Origin: a virus
Lineage: Duplodnaviria; Caudoviricetes
Length of the DNA stretch: 32,493 nucleotides
Virus record (IMG/VR): IMGVR_UViG_3300049733_000162
Location: 1 to 32,493 of that record
Reading direction: 5' to 3' (one strand)
This document shows, piece by piece, positions 16,914 through 24,841 of this stretch. The position numbers were made by a program, and so were the translations under genes. The notes beneath the pieces are model-generated. The model was not told the origin of the DNA and searched no databases. It saw nothing but the letters and a program-made list of their open reading frames with translations. Each line of letters begins with the position of its first letter. Positions within the stretch are counted from its first letter, which is position 1.

Positions 16914-17339
16914 ATGAGCGAGATTCGACTCGACCCGGAATATATCGCCTTGCTGGATGCGTGGCAGGATCTCCAGGTCCAGGTACAGGCGCTGGAAGCG
17001 GAGAATGCTCGGCTGCAAAGCGATCTTCGCGCGACACAGGAGGGCTACATGGCGCTGAATCTCCAGCTGGTTGAGGCCCAACGGGCGCTCGACACGTGCC
17101 AGCGCGCGCGGCAGGAGAGCGATGACGAGATGGCCCGAGAAATACGGGCATTGAAGGAACAGAACACCGCCCTGCGTCAGCCCTATACCCACACGCCACC
17201 GGGGAGCGACCCGACCTGTGTGCTGTGTCGGGTGCGGACGGCGCTGTTGAAACAATTCGAGGACTTGACATTTCTGAGTCAGGACGGCATTGGGCGCCTG
17301 TTTGATGCCGCCGTGCAGGCGGTACGGGAGGGGGCATGA
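16914..17339 (+). CDS. coiled-coil hypothetical protein
   Basis: heptad-rich sequence; GGAGG RBS. Confidence 0.6.
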   Translation: MSEIRLDPEYIALLDAWQDLQVQVQALEAENARLQSDLRATQEGYMALNLQLVEAQRALDTCQRARQESDDEMAREIRALKEQNTALRQPYTHTPPGSDPTCVLCRVRTALLKQFEDLTFLSQDGIGRLFDAAVQAVREGA

Positions 17340-17530
17340 GCTATCTGCTACGCGAAGAGCTGCTTGATCGGTTGGGCCGTGACTTTGATATCCGTCTGCT
17401 CTATCCCGAGCGCATCGATCGTCAGGATTTGCAGGCCATCTATGACGCGCTCCAGGAGAAACACGAGGTCATCACAGACCTGTTTGCCGAGGTGGAGATC
17501 GGCCTCGAACGTCAGCGCAAGGAGCGCTAA
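17336..17530 (+). CDS. hypothetical protein
   Basis: ATGA-coupled. Confidence 0.55.
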   Translation: MSYLLREELLDRLGRDFDIRLLYPERIDRQDLQAIYDALQEKHEVITDLFAEVEIGLERQRKER

Positions 17531-17830
17531 ATGCCGCACCATCGCAGCCGTAGCCATGATGCCGCCCGAGATCGTCTCGCCCCGGTGACGGTGGAGCCGA
17601 TCGAGGCGCTCTGGCCCGCGGCCCCCAAGGGCGTACCGGCCCCGCAGCGCACCTATGCGGCCTATATGGATGTCCTCGATCGAGCCTTTCGCGGCTTGGC
17701 GTCCATGGCCGACGTCGGGCTGGCACGCGCCGCGTGGTGCCAGGCGTGCAGTGCCGAGGTCGAACGTCGCCGGCATGAGCGCAAGCCCCTGGAGGGACCG
17801 AAGGGGCGGGGATGGAGGCGTGAGGGGTGA
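17531..17830 (+). CDS. hypothetical protein
   Basis: adjacent ORF with AAGGAG RBS. Confidence 0.45.
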   Translation: MPHHRSRSHDAARDRLAPVTVEPIEALWPAAPKGVPAPQRTYAAYMDVLDRAFRGLASMADVGLARAAWCQACSAEVERRRHERKPLEGPKGRGWRREG

Positions 17831-17849
17831 GGGGTGAGGAGAGCAACGC

Positions 17850-18131
17850 ATGGGCTGTGAGCGAGTGATCACCAATGATGGGAATATGATGATCGTCTGC
17901 ACACGCGGACGCCAACCATGGCCGAAGTGTTCCGTCTGTCAGGCACGCCCGATGATGCGCCTGTGCGATGCACCACTGAGCAAGATCCGGACGTGTTCCG
18001 CTCCGCTGTGCGTACAGTGCGCGATTCGTGTCAGCGACGAAGAGGACTATTGCCCGACGCATGCGCCCGCCGCGTATGCCGAGCGGGCAGCGCAGATTTT
18101 GGGCGAGGCGCAGCGAAGGAGGGTGATGTGA
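17850..18131 (+). CDS. Cys-rich Zn-finger protein
   Basis: CSVC...LCD...TCSAPLCVQC...DYCPTH. Confidence 0.6.
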   Translation: MGCERVITNDGNMMIVCTRGRQPWPKCSVCQARPMMRLCDAPLSKIRTCSAPLCVQCAIRVSDEEDYCPTHAPAAYAERAAQILGEAQRRRVM

Positions 18132-18484
18132 CCCGCAGCGAACGCCAACAACGCTACCGTGCCGAGCGTAGAGCCCTGGGGGAATGTAGCTATGGACGCC
18201 ACCCGGCCACGCCGGGGATGGCCTCCTGTGCGGCCTGCCGAGCGCGCTATGGGCGGGGCGCCCAGGCCAAGACGGAGGCCCGCGAGCGGAACACCTATGA
18301 GCGCAAGGTGCCGGCGCAGCAGATGACCCGGCGCGAGTGCCTGCGCTGTGATCGCGCCTTTGACTCCTGGGGGAAGGCGAACCGCTTGTGTCCGGCGTGC
18401 CGGCACCCACAGCATGATCCAGGCCCAGGGGCGCGGCCCCTGCCGGAGCATATGCATGAGATTGTCAATGGGTGGAGCCACTAG
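18128..18484 (+). CDS. Cys-rich hypothetical protein
   Basis: GTGA coupling; CAAC, CLRCDRAF...RLCPAC. Confidence 0.55.
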   Translation: MTRSERQQRYRAERRALGECSYGRHPATPGMASCAACRARYGRGAQAKTEARERNTYERKVPAQQMTRRECLRCDRAFDSWGKANRLCPACRHPQHDPGPGARPLPEHMHEIVNGWSH

Positions 18485-18639
18485 GGGCGAGGCGTGCGGG
18501 GGTGCCCACGCTTGCGCTTAGGCTCTTTCGGTTGGTTCCAACGCATCGAACGGCAGCCTTTGCGAGCACAGCGCTTGGGGTACTCATCGCTGACCCATAC
18601 GTAGTCACACTGATTGCAGGAATAAGGCGTTCGTGGCAT
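18481..18639 (-). CDS. small Zn-ribbon protein, probably leaderless regulator
   Basis: CNQCDYVW...PKRCARKGCRSMRWN; ATG sits 7 nt after a -10 box. Confidence 0.6.
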   Translation of the reverse strand: MPRTPYSCNQCDYVWVSDEYPKRCARKGCRSMRWNQPKEPKRKRGHPRTPRP

Positions 18640-18645
18640 AGGGTG

Positions 18646-18709
18646 AATATAAAATAATTGGCGCATGGTGTCAATACCTCTTGACATCTCTCCTGTGTGG
18701 GTATAGATT
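18646..18709. promoter_or_regulatory. back-to-back sigma70 promoters
   Basis: minus strand TTGACA(18674)-N17-TATATT; plus strand TTGACA(18681)-N17-TAGATT. Confidence 0.75.
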
Positions 18710-18758
18710 AAATGGTACAAAACGCCAATAACTGATATCACACTGGAGATACGACACC

Positions 18759-18893
18759 ATGACCGACGCCGACATCTACCGCCTCGAATGTTTGCTCGAA
18801 GAGCTCGTGACCCGCCTCGGCTGGCAGCCGCATGATTGCGACCGCTGGGCACCCGCGATCGCCAAAGTGGCACGGGAGTATCTCAACAAGTAA
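18759..18893 (+). CDS. 44-aa hypothetical protein
   Basis: GGAG RBS; MTDADIYRLECLLEELV; too short for the ORF track. Confidence 0.5.
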   Translation: MTDADIYRLECLLEELVTRLGWQPHDCDRWAPAIAKVAREYLNK

Positions 18894-19001
18894 CCCCTGG
18901 CGCCGCACCGCAGCGAACGGCGGGAACGTGTGGTATCGCCCACTGCCCGGCCCGGCTGACCCGGTGCGGCGCCTGACCGACTATGAGAGGAGACGCCGAT
19001 C

Positions 19002-19202
19002 ATGACCGATGACTATCACGCTGTTCTCGGACTCATTGCCGACCATTTATGCGCGATACACCGCTCCATCGAGGGCCTGAATCGCCACGCCGCCCGGCTG
19101 GATTTGCTCCTCACCACGTATGTCATGCCCCAGCAAGACGAGCTGCACAAGGCGCAGCAGGCGCTCAGGCAGGTCGAAATGCTCCTAGGACCAGCGGCAT
19201 GA
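19002..19202 (+). CDS. hypothetical protein
   Basis: GAGGAG RBS; helical. Confidence 0.55.
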   Translation: MTDDYHAVLGLIADHLCAIHRSIEGLNRHAARLDLLLTTYVMPQQDELHKAQQALRQVEMLLGPAA

Positions 19203-19258
19203 CGCCAGCCGTCCAGCGCGCCATGACGCGCTTTTATGATCGATTGGAGGAGATTCAG

Positions 19259-20437
19259 ATGGACGACAACGGAGTACCGTCCACCAGGCCAGCCCCCCTG
19301 GCCTTGGGGCACCGTGGCCTCGAGATTAGCACGCTGGAAGAGCTGTACCGCTTTGCAAAAGCTGTTTGCAGAACGGCCTTCGTGCCAAAAGACTTTCACA
19401 ATGACCCGGAAGGGACGATGGTCGCGCTGGAGTATGCCATCGAGCTAGGCTTGCCCATGCTGCAAGGGCTGCAGAATATCTACGTCGTTGGCGGGCGCCC
19501 CAGTATCTTTGGCGATCTCGGCCTCGCCATGGTGGAAGCCTCGGGGCTCATGGAAGATTTCTTCGAGGACTTCGAGGGAGAGCCCTACAAGGATGATTTC
19601 AAGGCCATTTGCATCAGCAAGCGCAAAGGCCGTAGTCGGCCCACGATTTGGCAGTTTTCCGTGCAAGATGCCAAGATGGCCAAGCTCTGGGGGAAGTCCG
19701 GCCCCTGGAGCGAGAATCCAAAGCGCCAACTCCAGATGCGTGCCCGGTGGTTCGTGCTGCGCAATGCCTATGCTGACGTGCTACGTGGGCTGTACGGACG
19801 TGAGGAGATGGAGGACTCCATCACCATGGCGCAGACACCACAAGGCTACCAGCAGGCTCCCGAGACGGCCCTCCCCGCCACCGTGGCGGCCCAGCTCGAA
19901 GCCCCCCCAACGCACCCCAGCGCCCAGCACATTAAAGACTTGCTGACCCTGATGACGCATGCTGGCGTGCCGAAAGAGTTGCATTATATCGAGCTACGCA
20001 AGGCCGTACCGCGCCTCGAAGAGGGCAAGACCACGCAAAAATATCTGCAGGAAACGCTCACGACAGACGAATTCGAGGATCTGAGGACGGCTTACCAAGA
20101 ACGCCTGCAGCTCCTTATCGAGTCCGATGTGCCTCTCAATGATGCCCAGGAAGGCACCCAGGAGGCGCCAGAATCATCGAAGGATGACGCGCGGCTGGAT
20201 CCAGACAGTGACCAGACTGCATCTCAGGGCGAGCGAGACGCCAAATCACCCCATCGGGAGGGTATGGCCTCGACCGAGGCGGTGATGCGCGTGGCACACT
20301 TTGCCGAGGCGCACAACCTGGGCAGTCTCTTTAGTCAGGCCATGCGGCGCTGGCCCGATGGCATCACGCCCGAGGCGCTCGATCGGGTTCTCGCCAATCT
20401 CAAGGACAGGGTTGAAACTGACAATATCTCTGGTTAG
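19259..20437 (+). CDS. RecT/Redbeta-like single-strand annealing protein
   Basis: ELGLPMLQGLQNIYVVGGRPSIFG, AKLWGKSGPWSENPKRQLQMRARWFVLRNAYADVLRGL; GGAGGAG RBS. Confidence 0.8.
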   Translation: MDDNGVPSTRPAPLALGHRGLEISTLEELYRFAKAVCRTAFVPKDFHNDPEGTMVALEYAIELGLPMLQGLQNIYVVGGRPSIFGDLGLAMVEASGLMEDFFEDFEGEPYKDDFKAICISKRKGRSRPTIWQFSVQDAKMAKLWGKSGPWSENPKRQLQMRARWFVLRNAYADVLRGLYGREEMEDSITMAQTPQGYQQAPETALPATVAAQLEAPPTHPSAQHIKDLLTLMTHAGVPKELHYIELRKAVPRLEEGKTTQKYLQETLTTDEFEDLRTAYQERLQLLIESDVPLNDAQEGTQEAPESSKDDARLDPDSDQTASQGERDAKSPHREGMASTEAVMRVAHFAEAHNLGSLFSQAMRRWPDGITPEALDRVLANLKDRVETDNISG

Positions 20438-20567
20438 GTGCGGCAAGGTCTGATCAGGCGAGGCCGGCTGTGGTGAGGTGCGGCCAGGTGCGGAGAGGTA
20501 AGGTGTGGCCTGTTTCGCTCGGGTGAGGTGCGGCACGGTGCGGCAGTGGTTAGGTGTGGCCTGGTAA
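20432..20567 (+). ncRNA. GGY-NN pentamer array, candidate guide RNA
   Basis: 27 five-nt units, 22 beginning GGT/GGC, variable last two nt, one 1-nt slip at 20547. Confidence 0.75.
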
Positions 20568-20576
20568 GGAGTGATC

Positions 20577-21200
20577 ATGACACCGAAGAATACGCTTGAA
20601 ACGTATCATCCCGTGAGTAACGGGGCAGAACCGTCAATCATTCATGAATTGCCGTATCGTGTGGAATTTGTGCTCGAAGGCGTGTGTCCGCTCCTGTTCC
20701 ATGCCTGGAATAATGAGGCCGTTGAAGAAAAGTCCAAAGCGAAGAAAGGCAGTGCGGCCAAGAAGTCCGACAATATTGAGAGTTACGTGTATCGCAATGA
20801 ACAGAACGAGATTTGTCTGCCTTCCGAATATGTGAGGCAGGCCATCATTAAAGCCGCACGGTTCCGGCAAGATCCGAGATCGCCGCGCAAGAGCGCCATG
20901 GATCTCTTTAAGGCTGGGATTGCCTCAGAGATCGAACTCGCATCGTTAGGCAGTACGGAATGGGACTACGTTGACAAGCGCCGTGTCGTAGTCCAGAGGA
21001 ATGCCGTTACCAGGATGCGTCCGGCGTTTCAGAAAGGATGGACCGCCACCTTTCAGTTCCTCATCTTATTGCCAGAGTATATCGATGCGGCCATGCTCCT
21101 CGAAACGTTGACACAGGCCGGGCGTGTGATCGGTGTCGGAGACTTTATTCCCTCGTTTGGACGATTCCAGGTTGTCCGGTTTGATGTCTTGAAAGCCTAA
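20577..21200 (+). CDS. solitary RAMP/Cas7-like protein
   Basis: beta1 YRVEFVLEGVCPLL, ICLPSEYVRQAIIKAA, RPAFQKGWTATF, C-terminal Gly loop AGRVIGVGDFIPSFGRFQV; AAGGAG RBS. Confidence 0.75.
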   Translation: MTPKNTLETYHPVSNGAEPSIIHELPYRVEFVLEGVCPLLFHAWNNEAVEEKSKAKKGSAAKKSDNIESYVYRNEQNEICLPSEYVRQAIIKAARFRQDPRSPRKSAMDLFKAGIASEIELASLGSTEWDYVDKRRVVVQRNAVTRMRPAFQKGWTATFQFLILLPEYIDAAMLLETLTQAGRVIGVGDFIPSFGRFQVVRFDVLKA

Positions 21201-21643
21201 CCCCACACGCCCGCCGCAGTCCGGGTGAGGGCCTGGCCCCAGAAGCGCACCGTTCGAGAGACCCGACGGTGAGATGGCGGTGCCATGCGGAGGTCGGGGG
21301 CGCTGAGCGGAGCGAGCGACTCCGCCGGCGGGTATGTCGTAGGAAACTATATCCCTTGAAGGGATATGGTTTATTTCGAGGTTGTCGACATGTGCGACAA
21401 CCTCATAGAAATGAGGTGATCTATCAAGATGATACAGGTCGTAGGCTACCTCTCTAGTCATTGTCGCTTCCGCCATCACACGCATAAGGAATCGCCTCAT
21501 GACGATCGACCTGCCCCCACGCAAAGGTCAGTGTACCGGCTGCGGCTTCGTCACGAAGGAGACGTATCTTGAGCTCATCACCATCTGGGACTACGCGCAG
21601 CGCCGCGAAATCCCACACCGCCACTGCTGGCGCTGTCGGAAGC

Positions 21644-21955
21644 GTGCCGGAAACGGAAGCGGGCTTTTTGGAGGCCGTGATTGCGCTGGCAAGACTCCGC
21701 GGCTGGAAATGCTTTCACCCCAGGCCAGCCCGCACGGCTGCCGGCTGGCGGACGGCACTGCAGGGTGATGCCGGATGGCCAGATTTGGTACTCTGCCGGC
21801 CCCCGCGGCTCATCATTGCGGAACTGAAGACGGAACGAGGGCGGGTAACGCCAGAACAAGACACTTGGCTGCAGGCGCTAGCGTTGGTGCCGGATGTGCA
21901 TGTCTTTGTGTTTCGGCCCCATGATTGGCCCGCGATCGAGGCCATTCTCCAGTAA
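21644..21955 (+). CDS. VRR-NUC (PD-(D/E)XK) nuclease; start uncertain
   Basis: TEAGFLEAV, GWPDLVL, AELKTERGRVTPEQDTWL. Confidence 0.85.
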   Translation: MPETEAGFLEAVIALARLRGWKCFHPRPARTAAGWRTALQGDAGWPDLVLCRPPRLIIAELKTERGRVTPEQDTWLQALALVPDVHVFVFRPHDWPAIEAILQ

Positions 21956-21965
21956 GGAGGTGTGC

Positions 21966-22211
21966 ATGTGCTGGCTCGGATTTCTCTATGGTGTGGGAAC
22001 GACGCTCGTCTTATTCACGGCCAGTGTGGCGGTCGCCTCGCTCCGGCTGAAAGATCCGGAGGGCTGCGACGTGGCGGAACGGCTGCGCTGCGCAGAGGCA
22101 TTGCAGGGCCAAAACGGTCATGAAATCGAGATTGACATTGGCCACGATTCACGGGAAATGATTGCGGCGAAACTCGATGAACTCAGACGGAGGATACACC
22201 CGCATGCGTAA
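21966..22211 (+). CDS. small membrane protein
   Basis: AAGGAGG RBS; N-terminal hydrophobic helix. Confidence 0.5.
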   Translation: MCWLGFLYGVGTTLVLFTASVAVASLRLKDPEGCDVAERLRCAEALQGQNGHEIEIDIGHDSREMIAAKLDELRRRIHPHA

Positions 22212-22707
22212 ATTACTCATCGGCCTCATGCTCAGTCTAGCCCTGGGTGGACTGAGTCATGCCCAGTCATCGTTTGGCATCACCCCGCAGCAGAAATGGT
22301 GCCTCGTGGACAACTACGACAATTTCTTTGAGCTACGCATCTATCAACCGGATAACGGGCAGATGATCCTCTTCGGCCATGTGCATAACCTGGCACTGCC
22401 GAACCATGACCCCTGCTACACCCAGGACTATACCGGGACGGGGCGCCTGTGGGATGCCACGAGCCGCACGCCCTTGGTGGCGAGTTTTACGCTGGATCTG
22501 AAAGATGCCCGGCCCGAGTGTCGATCACTGGTGGCGACGCTCAGTGGCAGCGTGGATGCCCGGCCCATTATCTATGCAGGGGAGGTGATTATCACCACGA
22601 AGGAATTGTACTACAGCCCCACCGGCGATCCGTTACTCGTATCCACAGAAACGTACCTAGACGATTATGTGAGTGAGCTATTGCCCGATTGCTCGACGCA
22701 TCCCTAG
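22204..22707 (+). CDS. secreted protein
   Basis: signal peptide MRKLLIGLMLSLALGGLSHA; GGAGG RBS. Confidence 0.65.
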   Translation: MRKLLIGLMLSLALGGLSHAQSSFGITPQQKWCLVDNYDNFFELRIYQPDNGQMILFGHVHNLALPNHDPCYTQDYTGTGRLWDATSRTPLVASFTLDLKDARPECRSLVATLSGSVDARPIIYAGEVIITTKELYYSPTGDPLLVSTETYLDDYVSELLPDCSTHP

Positions 22708-22720
22708 GCTGGAGACGACC

Positions 22721-22966
22721 ATGAACGACTGGCAAGAGATCGACACGGTGAGTTTGTTTGAGGCTTTGGGCGCGTGGTTGGCAAAAGCGCCCTGTACTGT
22801 CACGACGAAGGAAACGCCACACACGTTGCTGATTGAGTTGCAGGTTCCCCCCGGACAGGTCGGACGGCTCATCGGCAAAAAGGGCCGCACGATTGACGCA
22901 CTACGGACACTCGCCAGCGTCGGACGCACCCCCGCGCAGCGGCTCGTGCTGGAGGTAATCGAGTAA
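22721..22966 (+). CDS. single KH-domain RNA-binding protein (KhpA-like)
   Basis: VGRLIGKKGRTIDALRTL...LVLEVIE, 81 aa. Confidence 0.8.
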   Translation: MNDWQEIDTVSLFEALGAWLAKAPCTVTTKETPHTLLIELQVPPGQVGRLIGKKGRTIDALRTLASVGRTPAQRLVLEVIE

Positions 22967-22969
22967 GCA

Positions 22970-23674
22970 CTACGGCCCTGGGCGCACGCCCAAGCGCTGC
23001 AAGAGCCACGGAATCAGCACCGCCGTCAGCATCGCCCCGATCGCCGCAATCACCTTGCCTACCATGCCCCACTTGCCCTTCTCGCGCTCGGCTTGCCGGG
23101 CGCTGAGTTGGGCTTGCAACAACTCCAGCTTGGTCTGTAGCGCCCCGATATCCTCTTCATCTTGCGCCCGCCTAGCTTCAGTCACGGCCAGTTGCTCCCG
23201 CACCTGGCGCAGCTCTTTGATCTCGCGCTGCAGTTGCTCTACGGCTTTCGCATTCTGGCTCATCGACAGGAGTTGTTGTTGTTGGGCTTGATGGCGCGCC
23301 ACGGCGAAGAGCATCGCCTCCCGTAACAGCCGCTCGGCAATCTCCGGCTCCATCGCGGCATCAGGTTTGAATACACAACTCACCGCCCCCTGGCGAATCA
23401 GCGAGGCGGCGTAGGCCGGATAATGGAGGGCGGTATAGACCATCACCGCGGTCTGCGGGCAGACTTCCAAGACTTTGGTGAGGGCATCACCGTTCGTGGT
23501 GCCGGGCATGCGGAGATCGGTGAGAATCAAATCGTATTCCTCAGCCTCAGCCGCGCCAATCCCCTCGGCCAGGCCGCAGGCATAGGTCAACGTGGCCCCC
23601 TCGGGAATGGCCTGTTGCACCATCGTAAACGCCTCGATATCGTCGTCTATCAAGAGAATTTTTATTGTATTCAA
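22970..23674 (-). CDS. receiver (REC) domain + coiled coil + C-terminal TM protein; start codon uncertain
   Basis: KILLIDDD, YDLILTDLRMPG, VMVYT, VFKP; WGMVGKVIAAIGAMLTAVLIPWLL. Confidence 0.8.
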   Translation of the reverse strand: MNTIKILLIDDDIEAFTMVQQAIPEGATLTYACGLAEGIGAAEAEEYDLILTDLRMPGTTNGDALTKVLEVCPQTAVMVYTALHYPAYAASLIRQGAVSCVFKPDAAMEPEIAERLLREAMLFAVARHQAQQQQLLSMSQNAKAVEQLQREIKELRQVREQLAVTEARRAQDEEDIGALQTKLELLQAQLSARQAEREKGKWGMVGKVIAAIGAMLTAVLIPWLLQRLGVRPGP

Positions 23675-23693
23675 CCTCTTAACGTGCTATTAT
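23665..23693 (+). promoter_or_regulatory. sigma70 promoter for the HNH gene
   Basis: TTGTAT-N17-TATTAT with TG extension. Confidence 0.7.
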
Positions 23694-23697
23694 GAAT

Positions 23698-23783
23698 TGT
23701 GCGGCTAGGGTCTGCAGCCTGACAAGCCCGTCACCCGAACGGGTTGCCGCACATCGTTTCGGGAGAACCCACGGGAGGTTTGT
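23698..23783 (+). ncRNA. structured 5' leader RNA, copy B
   Basis: TGTGCGGC/GCCGCACA; TAGG...CCT; CCCGT/ACGGG; AACC/GGTT over GGAGG. Confidence 0.55.
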
Positions 23784-24281
23784 ATGGCACTGAGCAGCCG
23801 TAAGTCTCGCGCACTGGCCTACCGAAACACCCGCTTCTGGTCGCACGTCAAGAACACTGATACCTGCTGGTGGTGGACCGCTGCCATCCTCAAAACTGGT
23901 TATGGCCGATTTTCGCTCGGCGTTGGCAAGGCCGTTTCGGCTCATCGTTATGCCTACGAAATTTCGTATGGCCCAATCCCTGACGGCTTATGTGTCTGTC
24001 ATCGCTGCGACAATAAAAGTTGTGTGCGACCGTCGCATCTCTTTCTTGGAACACGCCTTGATAATATGCAAGACATGATCAGAAAAGGACGCCAGATCGT
24101 TGGCGTCCGGCGAAGAGGACTTGAGCCAGTCAACGCGAAGCTGACGAGTCGAGACGTTCTTGACATTCGCAAACGATTCACTGATGGGGAATCCAGCAAA
24201 AGCATCGCCGCCGAATATCCGATTCATGTCAGCTATATTCGCCAGATTGCCATGAAAAAATGCTGGAAACATCTGCCTTAA
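23784..24281 (+). CDS. free-standing HNH homing endonuclease
   Basis: RFWSHV...CWWW, AHRYAYE...VCHRCDNKSCVRPSHLFLGTRLDNMQDMIRKGR, C-terminal HTH-like tail. Confidence 0.9.
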   Translation: MALSSRKSRALAYRNTRFWSHVKNTDTCWWWTAAILKTGYGRFSLGVGKAVSAHRYAYEISYGPIPDGLCVCHRCDNKSCVRPSHLFLGTRLDNMQDMIRKGRQIVGVRRRGLEPVNAKLTSRDVLDIRKRFTDGESSKSIAAEYPIHVSYIRQIAMKKCWKHLP

Positions 24282-24294
24282 CCATAGGCCCCTG

Positions 24295-24561
24295 TCAGGA
24301 GCGCCGCACCGATTGCTGAAAGAGATGCGCAATCGCCGCCCCGGTCAACATGGTCATGATTTGATTATCGCCCGCCACGCTGCGCAAATACCCGACCAGT
24401 TGCACCAGGAGAATCAGACAGGCCATCACGTTGGGCAGCGTGACGCGGAGAAAATCCGCCACATTGTTCACCCATAAGCTCTCGATCTTGCGGTCATCGT
24501 AGAATTCGATCGGCTCGTCAACCAATTTTGGTGCCTCAATCGCTTTCACCGCTTCGTCCAT
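24295..24561 (-). CDS. holin-like membrane protein
   Basis: two hydrophobic helices; AGGAGG RBS; position at the end of the tail operon. Confidence 0.5.
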   Translation of the reverse strand: MDEAVKAIEAPKLVDEPIEFYDDRKIESLWVNNVADFLRVTLPNVMACLILLVQLVGYLRSVAGDNQIMTMLTGAAIAHLFQQSVRRS

Positions 24562-24841
24562 GACCCTCCTTTTGATGCGCCAGGAGAAAGTCCCGCAGGC
24601 GGTCGACGCGGGCCTGCAGCTCGGCCATCTCCCGATCACGCGCCAGCTCCCCGCGCCGAATCACGCCTAAGTCCGTGCGCAGCTCATAGCATTGCGTCCT
24701 GACGCTCATCAGCTCATCCCGCAGCGCCTCGATGCTACCCTGCATCTCGTTCGCCACGTAGCCAATCACCGCCATGCAGACGGCAAAGAGGCCGCCGAGG
24801 ATGAGCTTCAGGACTGTGCCGTTGCCGTGCTCATTGGTCAT
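24536..24841 (-). CDS. TM + coiled-coil protein (lysis-region type)
   Basis: LKLILGGLFAVCMAVIGYV followed by heptads. Confidence 0.55.
   Translation of the reverse strand: MTNEHGNGTVLKLILGGLFAVCMAVIGYVANEMQGSIEALRDELMSVRTQCYELRTDLGVIRRGELARDREMAELQARVDRLRDFLLAHQKEGHGRSGESD

Noticed and set aside
20432-20567. Canonical CRISPR array or simple microsatellite
   Set aside because: No 23-47-nt repeats with spacers; the NN positions vary too much for a slippage microsatellite
20246-20578. 110-aa minus-strand ORF across the pentamer array
   Set aside because: P/T/H periodicity is just the reverse translation of GGYNN
21066-21524. Minus-strand ORF over an AT-richer patch
   Set aside because: No motif, overlaps the RAMP gene and the structured element; cannot be supported
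24603-24626. Self-target of the NN code (codons AELQARVD match 14 of 16 positions); weaker match at portal VEAQA
   Set aside because: The match is short and breaks down on both sides; about what chance would give over both strands and many start windows
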